Of a stretch of DNA of 52,267 nucleotides, positions 1 through 12,856 are shown one piece after another. Made by a program: the position numbers and the translations under genes. Within the stretch, counting starts at the first letter, position 1, and each line of letters starts with the position of its first letter. The notes below the pieces were generated by a model, which saw only the letters and a program-made list of their open reading frames with translations, was not told the DNA's origin and ran no database searches. Source of the stretch: Girardia tigrina (lineage: Eukaryota); contig MQRK01240224.1 of NCBI GenBank assembly GCA_001938485.1, forward strand, positions 1-52,267. The letters are read 5' to 3'.

Positions 1-682
1 AGAAATTGGAGAAGCAGATTTGGTGGAAATGGCATCCGAACCCCAAATAAATGAAATCGATTCTAGCTCTGATGAATATAATGAAGTTAATATTTTGACA
101 CTAAAAAAATTACAGGAAGAATTAGACTTGGCCAAAAAATTGGAATTGTTGTTTTTGGATGCAGACCCTTTCGCTGAAAGAAGCCGAAAATTCAAAAGAG
201 AACTACAAAATTGTCTATCGCCGTATCAAGAAATTTACAACAACCTTGAACGGACAAGGAAACAAGGCAAAATTACGGATTTTTTTAAGGTATCNNNNNN
301 NNNNNNNNNNNNNNNNNNNNNNNNNNNNNNNNNNNNNNNNNNNNNNNNNNNNNNNNNNNNNNNNNNNNNNNNNNNNNNNNNNNNNNNNNNNNNNNNNNNN
401 NNNNNNNNNNNNNNNNNNNNNNNNNNNNNNNNNNNNNNNNNNNNNNNNNNNNNNNNNNNNNNNNNNNNNNNACGTGGGTTTATATTTGTTTTTTTGAATA
501 ATTAATTGAATTTTTATTTATTTTTTATCTTTAATAGAATTAATGTTCATTCCGTGGCATTTAAATGTTTTTTTGGAACTTAACCCCACATTTTGTACCA
601 GCATCTCGTCTGCTATAGCACGGTTTCACATAACACGTCATATTTTTGGAACCTATCGACCGTGTTATAGGAGGGATACCTG
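1..682 (+). mobile_element. 3' end of a pogo/Tigger DNA transposon (TIGD1-like transposase C-terminus and right TIR)
   Basis: Frame 20-294 reads DPFAERSRKFKRELQNCLSPYQEIYNNLERTRKQGKITDFF, a typical Tigger/TIGD1 tail. 660-682 reverse-complements to CAGGTATCCCTCCTATAACACGG (Tigger-like terminus) and is followed by TA. Interrupted by an N gap. Confidence 0.75.
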
Positions 683-754
683 TATATATATGTATATGTA
701 TATATATCAAAAAGAAAAGAAAGTAAATTAAAATTAAAAAAAATTTAAATTTAA

Positions 755-873
755 AAGGGCAATTACGCCGAAAGAATTGGGTATGGAGCGCCGTTAATCT
801 GGCTGCAGTGTTAGGGAATTTGGCGGCCGAGGTGTTGGAGTTGGCGGGCAATGTCGCAAGAGACAACAATAGA
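755..873 (+). pseudogene. H2A: Histone H2A fragment, frameshifted
   Basis: KGNYAERIGYGAP, then a 1-nt frameshift, then LAAVLGNLAAEVLELAGNVARDNNR; matches the H2A core [40 protein letters not shown]. Both termini are missing. Confidence 0.85.
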
Positions 874-1139
874 CGAGAATGTAAAACGGTCCTCATTAGG
901 GCCATAAATTGTTATTGGTCGATCAACGATATCGCAAAACGACGACAAATACGGACATTAACAATAACATCAATGCTTCATACGACACTCTCTTACTATC
1001 AAAATCTCAAGGAATCATTGATTTTCAATACTATGATGTCTTAGTTATTAAGTGATAAAGTTGCTCGTTTATGTAATTGACAAAGCAAATTCAATGTAAA
1101 AATTTTGTAAAAATTTGAAAATTCAAAAATAGTTATGAG

Positions 1140-1600
1140 GGAAATTTTGGAATGTTGTAAGTTTGTTGTTCGTATGCTGTTTAGATTGGTGATTCTTCTA
1201 CTCAGATGGGATTGATATGTTTATTGATTGATTATTTGAAACTAATGAAATTAATTTAATGATATTAATTTTAAGTACTAATTAATTAAAGTTTTATAAT
1301 TATGAATTTTAATGATATTTTAAGTAAACAATTTTAAGTTATTAAATTTAATATATTTTAAAAATTAATGTTTATTTAAAAAATTAGGTAATGCATTTTT
1401 ATCCAATAAAATTATGAGAAATTTAAAGTTAATATTAAAAAATTTTCCATTCATTGTTTTTAGATTTCTAATACAAAAACAAAAACTATATCAATCAAAG
1501 AAAGATACTCTCTGAGAATTGTTGTGAAGAATCTGTTTGTGTTGTAAATAAATGTTTACATTCAAATTGTGATGTTGTTAATAAGTTATCTGAATGAATT
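1140..1600 (+). repeat. Unknown two-block dispersed family, copy 1
   Basis: Block A TTAGATTGGTGATTCTTCTACTCAGATGGGATTGATAT, an AT-rich spacer, then block B translating ILSENCCEESVCVVNKCLHSNCDVVN. Block A plus spacer is closely similar to 45726-45935. Confidence 0.7.
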
Positions 1601-3739
1601 TTTATAATAAATGAAATATATTTTACACATAATACAGTGTACTAAAATTATATGTGTTACAAAGGATACCAAGTAGGAAAAAGTAAAACAAAAAATATTA
1701 TTACTATCAAGTAATATAGCTTGACGTTCTGGATCTCTACTTTAAATGAAAAATGTTTGGAGCGAGAATTAGAATGGGAACAATTAATGGCTTGGGAATG
1801 ATTACAATATGACTTCGTTTTCAAATTTATAGAAAAATACAATAAATAATTATCATTGATATCTTTGTTGGATCAGATAGAAGTCTATCAAAAGTGGCCC
1901 ATGATAGTAAAAAACTTTAAGTTAATATAAAAGTTGCTTTTAACAAAGTCCATATAGACTCATGTTTTTTTTACATTAACAACATAATTACTTGATCAAA
2001 TTTTACATTCAAGCCCTAATGAAATTTTCTTTAAAAACATTTTGTACGTTCTTTGCAGATTTCATGGTTTATGAATCTTTCATAACACTGGTATTATAAA
2101 GTAAATACGTTTTTATCTATAAATAATTATGGCTTTTTTTTACCAAAAATAAATTCTTAAAACAAATAATTTTCAAAATAACAAAGTAGTAAGGCAAACT
2201 ATTTAAAATACAGATTTTTGAACATCACAACTTTAAATCATCACTTATTATTTTTTACAAGACAGTTCCAACTGCTTAATATTTACTGACATGTTCTATA
2301 CTCAAGTGATAATGAATATGATATAAAAATTAGAAAATAATAGTGAAGAAACTCGTAGAAAAACAGAGTCAATCTAAAAGTCTTGTTCTATTATACAGTA
2401 AAGATGGAGAACATTTTCTACTTTTGAAGGCCAAACAATAAGAAAATATAAGACAAATACTGCAATTTATGTTTCTGAATTTTCCCCAGAACAAATCGCA
2501 ATAATAAGTGAAGAACAATGCTTTGTGAGCAGCAAAGCGACCATCTTTATTTAAATGAACACTACACTCCACCTAACAGTGTGGAAGGTTGCTCATTGAT
2601 AAACACTGCATGAACCATGTAGTGACAGTTGTTAATATAGTCTCTTATATGTGAAAATGGAAAATTCGTTCGAGATAAAGGCCACTTAATACTGTATTTC
2701 CTCAACCTCGAAGACCGCTGTATTAATATATTAAAATAAAAACCATATTTTTTGGATATTGTCTCTCCATTTTTAATAATATTGACATTGGAAACTAGAT
2801 TCTCTTTTATCAAATTAATAATTATAATTCATATTATTGCGATAAATATCCACACAGAGCAATTTATTTTATATAATTTCTATCGGACTATATCCGCCTT
2901 CGTTTTAATGTTATTATAATTAATTTGTTATGACAATAATTTATTAAGAAAAAGTTCCATAAGAATGAAAAAGAAAAAGCAAGGTCTAATGTTCACAAAA
3001 TGAAAAACGGGAAACTTTTCTTAATGTTCAAATTCGAATTTCGGCAACATTATTTTATCATATAAAGGAAATACCAAATTATATTTACAAAACAAGGTGG
3101 CATAAACTTGAAAAATGCACTTGATATTTAAAAACATAAGTAAAATTAAAATAAATTGAAAAATATCTAAATCTAATTCCTAAAAATGCAAGTCCACATG
3201 TAGCTGCAATTATTTTATCTCTCCTGTAGAATGCAAATTTTAATATCTTTTATTACATGAACATATATTTCTACATAAATAAGTATATGAAAATACTCCT
3301 CAATTCGAAGTAAGAAATATTTACAATTGTTAAAAAATTTCAATTTGCATTAGTGCCAACTTTAGGAAATTATTTTTGTATTTTTGTAACTTGGACTGAA
3401 TTTTAGATTTCGATTTCAGGTAATGTCAGTCCTCTTATCTTTTGCATCTATTCGAATGCCTGGAGAAGCTGTTCATTTAATTTACTTACTTCTAATATCA
3501 TTCATTTTACAAAGTTGTATATAAATATTTATTTTTCTGACAAACGTATTTTAATATGGAAAATCTGTCCGAATTTCTAGTAAAAATTAGAAAAAATTAA
3601 ATCTCTATTGACAAAAAAGGATTACTGGAATTTACCCTAACGCAAAAACATAAATGGATAATCAAAAAAATAATTTAACCACAATCGAATAATATTCAAC
3701 AGCATCTAACGTGAATTTTATACATATTGCTATAAGAGG

Positions 3740-4315
3740 TTAGTTTAAATTTAAGTATCGTCAAAATAGTTTATTATTTTTTTATTTGAAGATTTAAAAG
3801 AAATAAATTAAAAAATTAAAATGTAAAGTAAAAATATGATAAAATAAATACTTATTTAAAATATGCTTACAATAATAAAAATTGATATATTTTATAAAAG
3901 TAATGAAATAAGTTTAAATAAATTTTAAAATAAATAATTAACGGATTAATATTTTAAGAAATAATTTTTTTAATAAAAGGTTTTATTGTAAATTTAAATT
4001 AAATAGTTTTTATGATAAAGTTTCGTAAAAATGTTTGAATTATTCTTCGTAAATTTCGTAAAATTTTCTTAAAAAATGTAAAATTATTTTAAGGTTTAAA
4101 TTTCGTAAAAGTTCGTAAAAATGTAAAATAATTTAAAGTTTAAATTTCGTTAATTTTCAAAATTTAATCGAAAAAATTTATTGAATTAATTTTGGGCGAA
4201 ATAAATGAATTATTAAGAAATTTGTTTAAATATGTGAATTGTTGATATTATTAAATTTTGTGGTGTTAAATTATGACTACAGAATTTAAAAATACTGAAA
4301 GTCGCATAAACGCTA
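3740..4315 (+). repeat. AT-rich MITE-like dispersed repeat (homologue of 30761-31303)
   Basis: Shares AATTTTAAAATAAATAAT.AACGGATTAA, TTTTGG(G)CGAAAT and terminal GCATAAACGCTA with 30761-31303. Internal tandem TTTCGTAAAA units at 4020-4150. Left boundary approximate. Confidence 0.6.
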
Positions 4316-5813
4316 CTTACAATTGCAAAACAATCTTCAATTTGTTTTCATCTTATAATAAAATATAAGTTGAATTAGGTTCAATTTTCAGAGATGAAAT
4401 CGTAACACCAAAAATATATTTATAACACAACTATTATTTTGTAACAAGTTTGTAGGAATTTTTTTTGTTTTTCTTAAATCTCAGACCATTATAAATATTA
4501 TTGAAAAACTTAAATCCGGATAAGAATTTTTCATGTAAAGCGAAATTCATCCATTAAAAATTAAATTTTTAAATGGATGAACTTTGTTTTACATTATAAA
4601 TATTCATATTTTAAAAAATTTAATTCACACTTATCATTTTATAATTTCTTAAACTACCATTTTAGAAATTTAATTTACGACTATTCTTTTACAATTTCTT
4701 TTTATCTTTTTTTTTCTTTTTATCTTTTTGCATATTTTCAATATTTCCCTAATTTACAATTTTCAAAATTTCTGAATTTTACATTTCTTATTTTCGAATA
4801 TTTGAAAATTTTTACAAATTTAGTTATTTTTTTATAATTTACAAATTTAACAAATTTATTTTTATAAAAACAAATACATTTTAAATATTAACAGATTAGG
4901 ATTAACATAAAGTTATTACGTTTAAAACTCCCTTGATCGAGAATTAACTTTTATATGAAATTTCTTGCATGGATTCGAAAATTTACCACTTTATAATTGC
5001 AAAAATAAGTTCACCAATAAACAACATCTTTATTATTAGCGAGACTACTTTTAACTATTACGCAAAATAAAATAAATAAATACTCGGGTGATAATATTTA
5101 AAAATATTACTATAATAAATTAAACATAAGGAAAAGCGAACATATGAATTCGAGATCAAGTAATAAGAAATAGTTTTTTTTAAGGAGAATAGCTAAGTAA
5201 TTTTTTACTTGTAATTTTCAATATTTTTAATGGCAGTAATGGTCACGAACTTCTGAAATCCATAATAGTCGTTTGATAAAATAAAACAAAGAATCAGACG
5301 AATAAGTTATTTTATTGTAGAATTATAAAGATTGAAATTTGTTTTTTTCTTGATTCTATAAGGAAGTGGGTTATAGAGTAGACTTTCATGAATCACTTCT
5401 TTATTTTCATTTTTCTTGTTTTCGAACGAATAAATTTAATATATCGAATGACGTAATCAGAAAAATATTTGCAGCTAAAATAAGCTGATGTCGATAAAAA
5501 TCAAGACGACTTTAAATTAAACAATCATCAAAATACATAAATTATCAATTTAATGATTTTTTATTTTTTAATTTAAGATCTAATTTTTATAATTTAATTA
5601 GCATCTTAATGACGCTATATCGTCAAGATGTTAATTTACATTATAATTAATGTTTTTTTAAATAATAACTAAATAATGTCAAATAAAATAATAATGATGA
5701 TGTATAAATAAAATAGAATAATATTAAATAATACAGGTAAAATAAAAGAATATTGAAATACGATTAGTACTAAATAAGGATAAAAAATAACTTGTTATAA
5801 TAATTATGTAATA

Positions 5814-7100
5814 AGGACTGAGTGCGAAAAATATTACTAACTTTAAATCTCAATAACTCCAAAATAAATTTACAAATTACAAAAATCTAATCAAATAGGC
5901 TGTTGTTTGAATAAATCAAAATAATATTCATTTATAGTATTCATTTTTAAATTTCATTTTTCATGAATATATCGTCAGAGACAGAAAGTCGGGAATTAAT
6001 TATTCGTTTATTTCAAGAAAATCCACAAAAAAAGTTAGAAAACAATTGCCAGAAAGGCAAAGGTTTGTCAGAAATAAGTTTCTATCGTTATTAAAAACTT
6101 CAATGAGAACTTGAACGATTTCAGAAAAATTGGTTCGGGAAGAAGAAAGGGTTTTTCGTGTAAACAGAATATGAAGAAAGTAAAGGCTTTGTTAGAGAGA
6201 AATCCTCGTCTATCAAATCGAAAACTGGCGGTAAAGGCAAATTGTAGCGAGAAAACAGTTCGGAAAATTAATCAGTCCTGGGTTTAAAAACGTATAAAGT
6301 TCAAACAGTACCAGACCGGAACGCTAACAAGAACGTAAAGGCGCAGCAGCGAACCAGAAAGTTGAAATTTGGTTTCTTTGCGAAGAAAAAATGTTACATT
6401 ATGGATGATGAGACTCATGTGCTCTGCGATTTTTCCCAGCTACCCGGACAAGAATTTTACTGTGCCACGAAGAGAGGAGGAGTTGAAGAAAAATTTAGTA
6501 GCAAGAAAAAATCTAAGTTTCCCAAAAGATTTCTTGTTTGCCTGGCTATATGTGGATGCGGGAAAGGAGTAAATGCTTTATCTGGCACAATAAACACAGA
6601 AGTCTATATGAAGGAGTGCTTGCAAAAGCGTTTATTACCATTCATAAGTCAGCACGGAGGTCTTACTCTCTTTTGACAGGATTTGGCATCGTATAACTAT
6701 GGTAAAGCAGCCAAGAAGTGATACGAAGACAATAACTTCGATTTGGTGCAAAGAGTGGCAAAGCCACGAAATTGTCCAGAGCTTCGTCCAATCGAAAGAT
6801 ATTGGGACCTGGTAAAAAAAATTAAAAACGACAAACAAGAGGGCGCAGACAATTGCAGATTTTCAGAACAAGTGAAATAATGCAGCCAAAAGCGTGACAG
6901 AAACTACAATTGCAAGTCTAATGGCAGGTATTCCGGAAAAGCTCGCAGAATTTATTTAAAAAAATAAATAATCTTTCTTAGCTTACAAAAATTATTTTGA
7001 ATTAAACACATTTTGTAAAACAGTCGGTATTTTTTCAATCAAAAATATGGTTGTGAAGATAGAGGATTTAAAGGTAGTAATATTTTTCGCACTCAGTCCT
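5814..7100 (+). mobile_element. Full-length, inactivated IS630-Tc1-mariner element of the DD37E type
   Basis: Perfect 26-bp TIRs AGGACTGAGTGCGAAAAATATTACTA (5814-5839 and 7075-7100), TA on both flanks, 1287 bp long. Confidence 0.95.
5963..6959 (+). pseudogene. DD37E transposase pseudogene
   Basis: Motifs IMDDET, F*QDLAS and NCPELRPIERYW; 37 codons between the second D and the E; several frameshifts and stops. Confidence 0.9.
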
Positions 7101-7384
7101 TAGAAAATTTGAAGAGAGTGTTTATACAATTATTAATATATACAATAAAATAATTATTCTATTTTAGATAAAAAATTTACGTTTTTAGTTTTAATAAAAA
7201 CTTATTTTTTAGAGGGTGTCCATTGAATGGATTCAATAAAGTACTCCTTGATCTTTTATCAAGCGGTCAAAATGTTTAAATTTAACTTCTAAATGTTGTT
7301 TCGAAAATATCTATTATAAATTATATTTAATTTTCTTATTACCTCATTACTAAAAATTATTTAACATTTAAGTTTGAAGGTGAT

Positions 7385-7565
7385 ACACATTATGGGGAGA
7401 TGGTTTACATTTCCAAAATAATAGACAGTGGTTGACATTCGGGCAGCGGCTAATCTAGGCAAAAACAAAACCATAATTTTGCGATATTGCATTTTATTAG
7501 CATGTGTCACAAATATTAATACTTCAATTTGTTCGGTCGGCATATGCGTCAGTACTGGCATACAG
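7385..7565 (-). pseudogene. Possible degraded PHD-finger exon
   Basis: Across shifting minus frames: VCQY*RICRP, ICDTC, FCLD*PLPECQP, WKC, in PHD-finger order. Heavily disrupted. Confidence 0.35.
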
Positions 7566-8677
7566 AAGTAATTAAATTTATTATTAACGACCTTTTCTCC
7601 CTATTTTGTAAGAATTCCTAAATGTTTGTTTTATGCGTTGTGTCTACAATATGCTAAATTTTATTTTTTATCAAATTGTCTTCTCAATTTAATAAGCTTA
7701 ATGACATTTTTTTCTGTAAAAATACTAACGTATCATTATGTATTCATTCGTACAGTTCAACGCGTTGCATACATTTATCACGTCAAACTAAAATCAAATC
7801 TTAAATTTTTTTAAGTAAACTAACAAATTATAAAATTTATTTGTTTTAATATAACAAAGGTTTTAATTAAAACAAAAAAGTGGAATATTTTACACTCCAA
7901 TATTATACAATAATTTCGTTTTTCATCAATTAATTGTAAAAAAATTTTGAATGAAGATTTTTTTCTTCTTTTTAATGTATTACTTACTTAATATCCAAGA
8001 AACAACATATTACATGAAACAAAATATAATGAAGACATGTATTGTAAATAAATGTAAAATATTATAAAATAAATTTACAAAAATGTTTCATTGATTCTGG
8101 TCGAATTTGTCAGCAAGGAATCCTTTGAAGCGACTCATTCTCGCAATTCCGTCACTGACAATTGCAAAAGAATGATTGAAAAAGGATTTATTTCAGTTTT
8201 GTCACATCAGTATTCATACATTTCAATATATAATATTTGATGAATAAAGTCATAAAATAAATATAAATTTCTCATAAAGATAAGAATATTATTTTATTTA
8301 GAAGTATAAAGCAAAAATAAAAAAATTAAAATAAAAGCATGATCCAAAGTTGTATGAATTGAAAAATATCTTTTTTGCATATTGTTCTTCATTTCTATAA
8401 ATAACAGATTTAACTCCTGAATTACAACAACTTTTACTCAAATAATAAACAAAAAATCCAAAAAATACACTTGCTAAATTTTTGAAATTCGAAACAAAAA
8501 AATAATATTTACATTTAAATCGTTTAGAGAAAAGAAATTTCGTTTATTATAACAAAGATTTTCTTGGATTTATTTGTTTCAAATATGACAACAGGTAAAC
8601 AGTCCGAATTATTATCTTAACCATTTATCTTTAATTTTGTAAGATCTTTTAAAAACCTTTGGTTAGGTATAATAAGA

Positions 8678-8700
8678 TATATATATATATATATATATAT
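8678..8700. repeat. (TA)n microsatellite
   Basis: Seen directly. Similar (TA)n or (TA)n(TG)n tracts at about 10185-10226, 19539-19577, 21109-21143, 29674-29725, 37908-37949, 39793-39834 and 52209-52267. Confidence 0.95.
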
Positions 8701-8894
8701 GTGATGCCTCGTTTGGGGAAAAATATAATTTAAAAAAAAATCAATATCGATTTATTATGATAAAACCAAACAGATAATGCTTATGATTACCATATATATT
8801 TCCTGTAAAATTATTCTTAATATCTGATAATATCGAGACTTCGTCATATTGATAATTCCAATTTGATGCAGAAGTAGAACAACATTTGAAAAGC

Positions 8895-9030
8895 AGTTGA
8901 GAAGAAATTTGGGATGAAATATGAATATTATGTGAGCGATTGGATTGGCGCGAGTGAAGGCAATGCTCACTGTCGACAGAACGTTGAACATATACACAAA
9001 TCTGTTCGACCTTTTTGTATGATCGATCAT
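8895..9030 (+). repeat. Unknown two-block family, block-B-like copy
   Basis: GGGATGAAATATGAA...AGTGAAGGCAATGCT aligns with the reverse complement of 14870-14935 (GGGATGAGAAGTATT...AGTGAAAGCAATGCT). Translates MKYEYYVSDWIGASEGNAHC. Confidence 0.45.
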
Positions 9031-10181
9031 TAATAGATTGAGGCAATTCAACAAATAGAATGTCGAAAAGAAATTAAATCGTAAAGAAGTCGCTACTATT
9101 AAACTTAGTGGTAGAAATATTTTCAATATTGCTATATAAAGGAGCTTCATTTTTCATAATTAATCGGTTATTTTTTTTTAAATTTCGTTCAATGAATATT
9201 TAAACAAAAACAAAATGTTTTGGATTTTGTGGTATATTTCCATTTTTTTAAGAAAAATTAATTTTTAGTTAACGAATGAATTTTTCGTAATGGAATTTTT
9301 TTTTATCTGTTCCATAAACAATTCGTAGTTTTCAGAAAACTTAAATGTCCAAAAGTTATTATTTTCTATANNNNNNNNNNNNNNNNNNNNNNNNNNNNNN
9401 NNNNNNNNNNNNNNNNNNNNNNNNNNNNNNNNNNNNNNNNNNNNNNNNNNNNNNNNNNNNNNNNNNNNNNNNNNNNNNNNNNNNNNNNNNNNNNNNNNNN
9501 NNNNNNNNNNNNNNNNNNNNNNNNNNNNNNNNNNNNNNNNNNNNNNNNNNNNNNNNNNNNNNNNNNNNNNNNNNNNNNNNNNNNNNNNNNNNNNNNNNNN
9601 NNNNNNNNNNNNNNNNNNNNNNNNNNNNNNNNNNNNNNNNNNNNNNNNNNNNNNNNNNNNNNNNNNNNNNNNNNNNNNNNNNNNNNNNNNNNNNNNNNNN
9701 NNNNNNNNNNNNNNNNNNNNNNNNNNNNNNNNNNNNNNNNNNNNNNNNNNNNNNNNNNNNNNNNNNNNNNNNNNNNNNNNNNNNNNNNNNNNNNNNNNNN
9801 NNNNNNNNNNNNNNNNNNNNNNNNNNNNNNNNNNNNNNNNNNNNNNNNNNNNNNNNNNNNNNNNNNNNNNNNNNNNNNNNNNNNNNNNNNNNNNNNNNNN
9901 NNNNNNNNNNNNNNNNNNNNNNNNNNNNNNNNNNNNNNNNNNNNNNNNNNNNNNNNNNNNNNNNNNNNNNNNNNNNNNNNNNNNNNNNNNNNNNNNNNNN
10001 NNNNNNNNNNNNNNNNNNNNNNNNNNNNNNNNNNNNNNNNNNNNNNNNNNNNNNNNNNNNNNNNNNNNNNNNNNNNNNNNNNNNNNNNNNNNNNNNNNNN
10101 NNNNNNNNNNNNNNNNNNNNNNNNNNNNNNNNNNNNNNNNTTTTAGTCTAAGATAACAGTTAAGACTCGGACTTTACCATT

Positions 10182-10232
<51 letters not shown>

Positions 10233-10932
10233 ATAATTTTGTTTTTTAAGAAATCTATTATTGTACATGTTTTGGAAATTCTTCAATTATCATCAATTAT
10301 ATTTGTTACTATTTTTGTTACTATTATATTACTATTTTAATGTTAATTTTTAAAATGGTATTTTTAAAATGGAAAAAAATATTTATTTATTTAATTTAAG
10401 ATATTATTGGATAATAATAAAAAAATGTTTTAAAAATTTTAATTCAAGTTTTGTATACGCTAGTTGCGTTTACATATTCATTTAAAAACTCATCAAGTCA
10501 ACAAAAGCTACAACGATAACTCAGTATCTAAATTTTTTATTGTATTTAAACAATTTTTTTAAATTTTAACATCAACTATTTATTTACATAATTTATTGTT
10601 ATATACAAACTTTCTGATTTGAATTTAGTTTTTGGATAATTTGATTTAGAATATTTTGGTTTCGAATATTTTTGATCAAATTGAATTTTTTGGATATTTT
10701 GATTTCGGATATTTCTGATTACAGAATGAATTAACATTTAATTAATTAATTAATTAAATTAATTTCTCTGCTCCTGCGAGAAAATTAATTCACATGTAGA
10801 TGAAAAAGTGAAGGGTAAATTCGAGAAAGATGTTAAGATTAAAATTTTTTACCTTATTCTGAAAAATTCAAACACCTAAATAATTCTATTCTTAAAGTAA
10901 CAAATAATATTTTAAATTTAAAAATCATTTCA

Positions 10933-11276
10933 CAGTCATTTAAAGTTGAAAATGTTTTGTAATAAATCACCTAATCCTTTGAGTTTGTGTTCGGACGTGG
11001 TTTATCAGTATACATGTAATGGGTGAAATGCCACATTCATTGGAGACTGCCCGTCATCTGAGTCCAAGAACACGCTTATAGAGTGAGTAAGAGTAATATT
11101 GCTGAGCATAGGACAACTTGTAAATGTGATTGGAGTATAAATGATTTCAAAATTCTGGCAAGCATTTAAAACTAACTGGAAGAGTTCCGCGTGAAGCTTT
11201 GTTAATAAGGTCTCGTGACCCTAAAATTAATGTGCAAACGGCACTCTCAACCAATTTGTTTAGAGTTTCCGATTAA
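10933..11276 (+). mobile_element. Penelope-like retroelement 3' fragment (GIY-YIG endonuclease pseudogene)
   Basis: SDVVYQYTCNG*NATFIG, TARHL, QEHAYRVSKSNIAEHRTTCKC, FKILA, REALLIRSRDPKINVQ: the PLE GIY-YIG signature, with frameshifts. Confidence 0.85.
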
Positions 11277-11337
11277 TATTACGTATCCGATTACTTAAGC
11301 ATTAATTTCGTATCAATAAAAAAACTAAAAAATCAGT

Positions 11338-11369
11338 GATCTGAAAATGACGGTAAAACCTTCATTATC
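11338..11369 (+). ncRNA. Degenerate minimal hammerhead ribozyme remnant in the Penelope pseudo-LTR
   Basis: GAT-CTGAAAA-T-GACGG-TAAAA-CCTTC-ATT-ATC aligns to the hammerhead at 37681-37719, with the GAAA core deleted. Lies about 60 nt after the GIY-YIG stop. Confidence 0.5.
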
Positions 11370-11599
11370 ATAAAAATATATATTTTGAAATGACGAATCC
11401 TTTGTTTTATAACAAAAATTACCATTGTTTTATAAAATATTTTCATAAATTCCTTTATTTTCGTGTATTGCATTTTAGACATGTTTTCATTTTGCATTTT
11501 TGATCCAAGTTATTATTCTTTGGATTTAAAATGTGTTTTCAAAATGTTATTCTAATGTATAAGCTTTGCCAGTTACGAAATTTAATCTTGGAACTTTCG

Positions 11600-11624
11600 G
11601 CGAGTGTTCCAGCACTCGTTTTTT
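11600..11624 (+). other. Short GC-rich hairpin followed by a T-run, possibly a Helentron/HINE-type 3' end
   Basis: GCGAGTG-TTCCAG-CACTCGT-TTTTT. Confidence 0.3.
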
Positions 11625-12570
11625 ATATAAATTACTTTTTAAAATTTAAAGCACTTTAAATAACATTGTTAATATTTACAAGTCTAGTAAATTTTCGTCT
11701 TTCTTGGAAGACCTCTAACAATAATACGAACTCCCGATTTCAACTAACAATATTAAATCTCAATTTATAATTACAAAATATGTTGTTAAATAATTTAGAT
11801 TAAATATTCAAAATAAATATTAAATCAATTTTTAATTCAAAATAAAATTTTATAATTAAATTAAAATTTCCTAAATTCAAGAAAAGTTAGAAAGATCCAT
11901 TTAGCACATTAGAGTTTTCGATTATCGATTTATTTAGAGATTAGAATCAATTATTTAATTAATGCATTAATTATTAACGAAAAGCAAGGTCAAATTGTGG
12001 TACGAAAATTGAAAAAAAAGAGAAAACAAAAATTTATTCTTATCGATTCTATGACAAAACTAAAAAGAATTATTTTAATAATTGATACTGAGATTGCTTT
12101 TGTTCTGAAAATTGTAACGAAAGTAAATCAAATAATTTTTTCTTTGGTATCCTTCGCTGAAACTTACAAATACCAATTCCAATAGATGTGCAAAATGCTA
12201 TACATTTCGCCAATCTGAGCATTGTTCGAAACTGATATATTCGATATTTAGCTCGTTTGAATTTAAAATATATAAAAAACTCAATTCTATTTCCAATAGC
12301 AAATTCCGATCGATGTGGTATTTACTAGAATTGGGCGATTCAGTGCAGGTTGTCAATGACAATTATGGAGTCTTCTGTGACAAAACAGCGATTGACGAAA
12401 ATCTTGTCTCTTTGGTACCCATTTTAAAATTCGATTTAAAACTTGAAACAGTAAGTGTTATTCAGCATCTTTCATAAACAAATTTTAAAAAATATTATCG
12501 ATGTTGCGTTACGTGTCAAGTTGTACTTATTTTTTTAACAGTAAAAATAGTGATTTCGCTACATCGGCGA

Positions 12571-12856
12571 ATTCATTATTTTTACATTTAACATAATGGA
12601 TCGAGAAGACGAAAGCCTATATCGTAGACATTTGAAGCCCAATTAGAATCGACAAATAAAGAAGACGAAAAATATGAACCACAAAGAAGTCAAAGAGAAC
12701 GAAAACTTCCAAACTACTTAAAGGACTTGGAGAGGTAAAGAGGAAGGAACTGTAACAGTAATTATTAAAAAAATTAATTCGTTTGTTTAAATATACTGTT
12801 TGTCATAATAAATAAAAGATTTAAATTTGACTTCAGCTTTTTGATTTAATATAACA
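12571..12856 (+). mobile_element. Ty3/Gypsy 3' end: integrase tail, PPT and short LTR (12751-12856)
   Basis: EPQRSQRERKLPNYLKDLER*, purine tract AAAGAGGAAGGAA, then TGTAAC...ATAACA (106 bp) containing AATAAA. Confidence 0.75.

Noticed and set aside
4577-4837. Hydrophobic F/L/Y/N-rich ORFs (also 25685-25900, 29706-30038, 30269-30547)
   Set aside because: Composition simply reflects AT-rich low-complexity DNA; no recognisable motifs.
9345-10151. Long ORFs spanning N runs (also parts of 26301-27122, 37874-38102, 40790-41047, 48919-49190)
   Set aside because: Artefacts of assembly gaps translated as X.
11600-11624. Rho-independent terminator appearance
   Set aside because: Eukaryotic context with no bacterial genes; better explained as a TE-derived hairpin.
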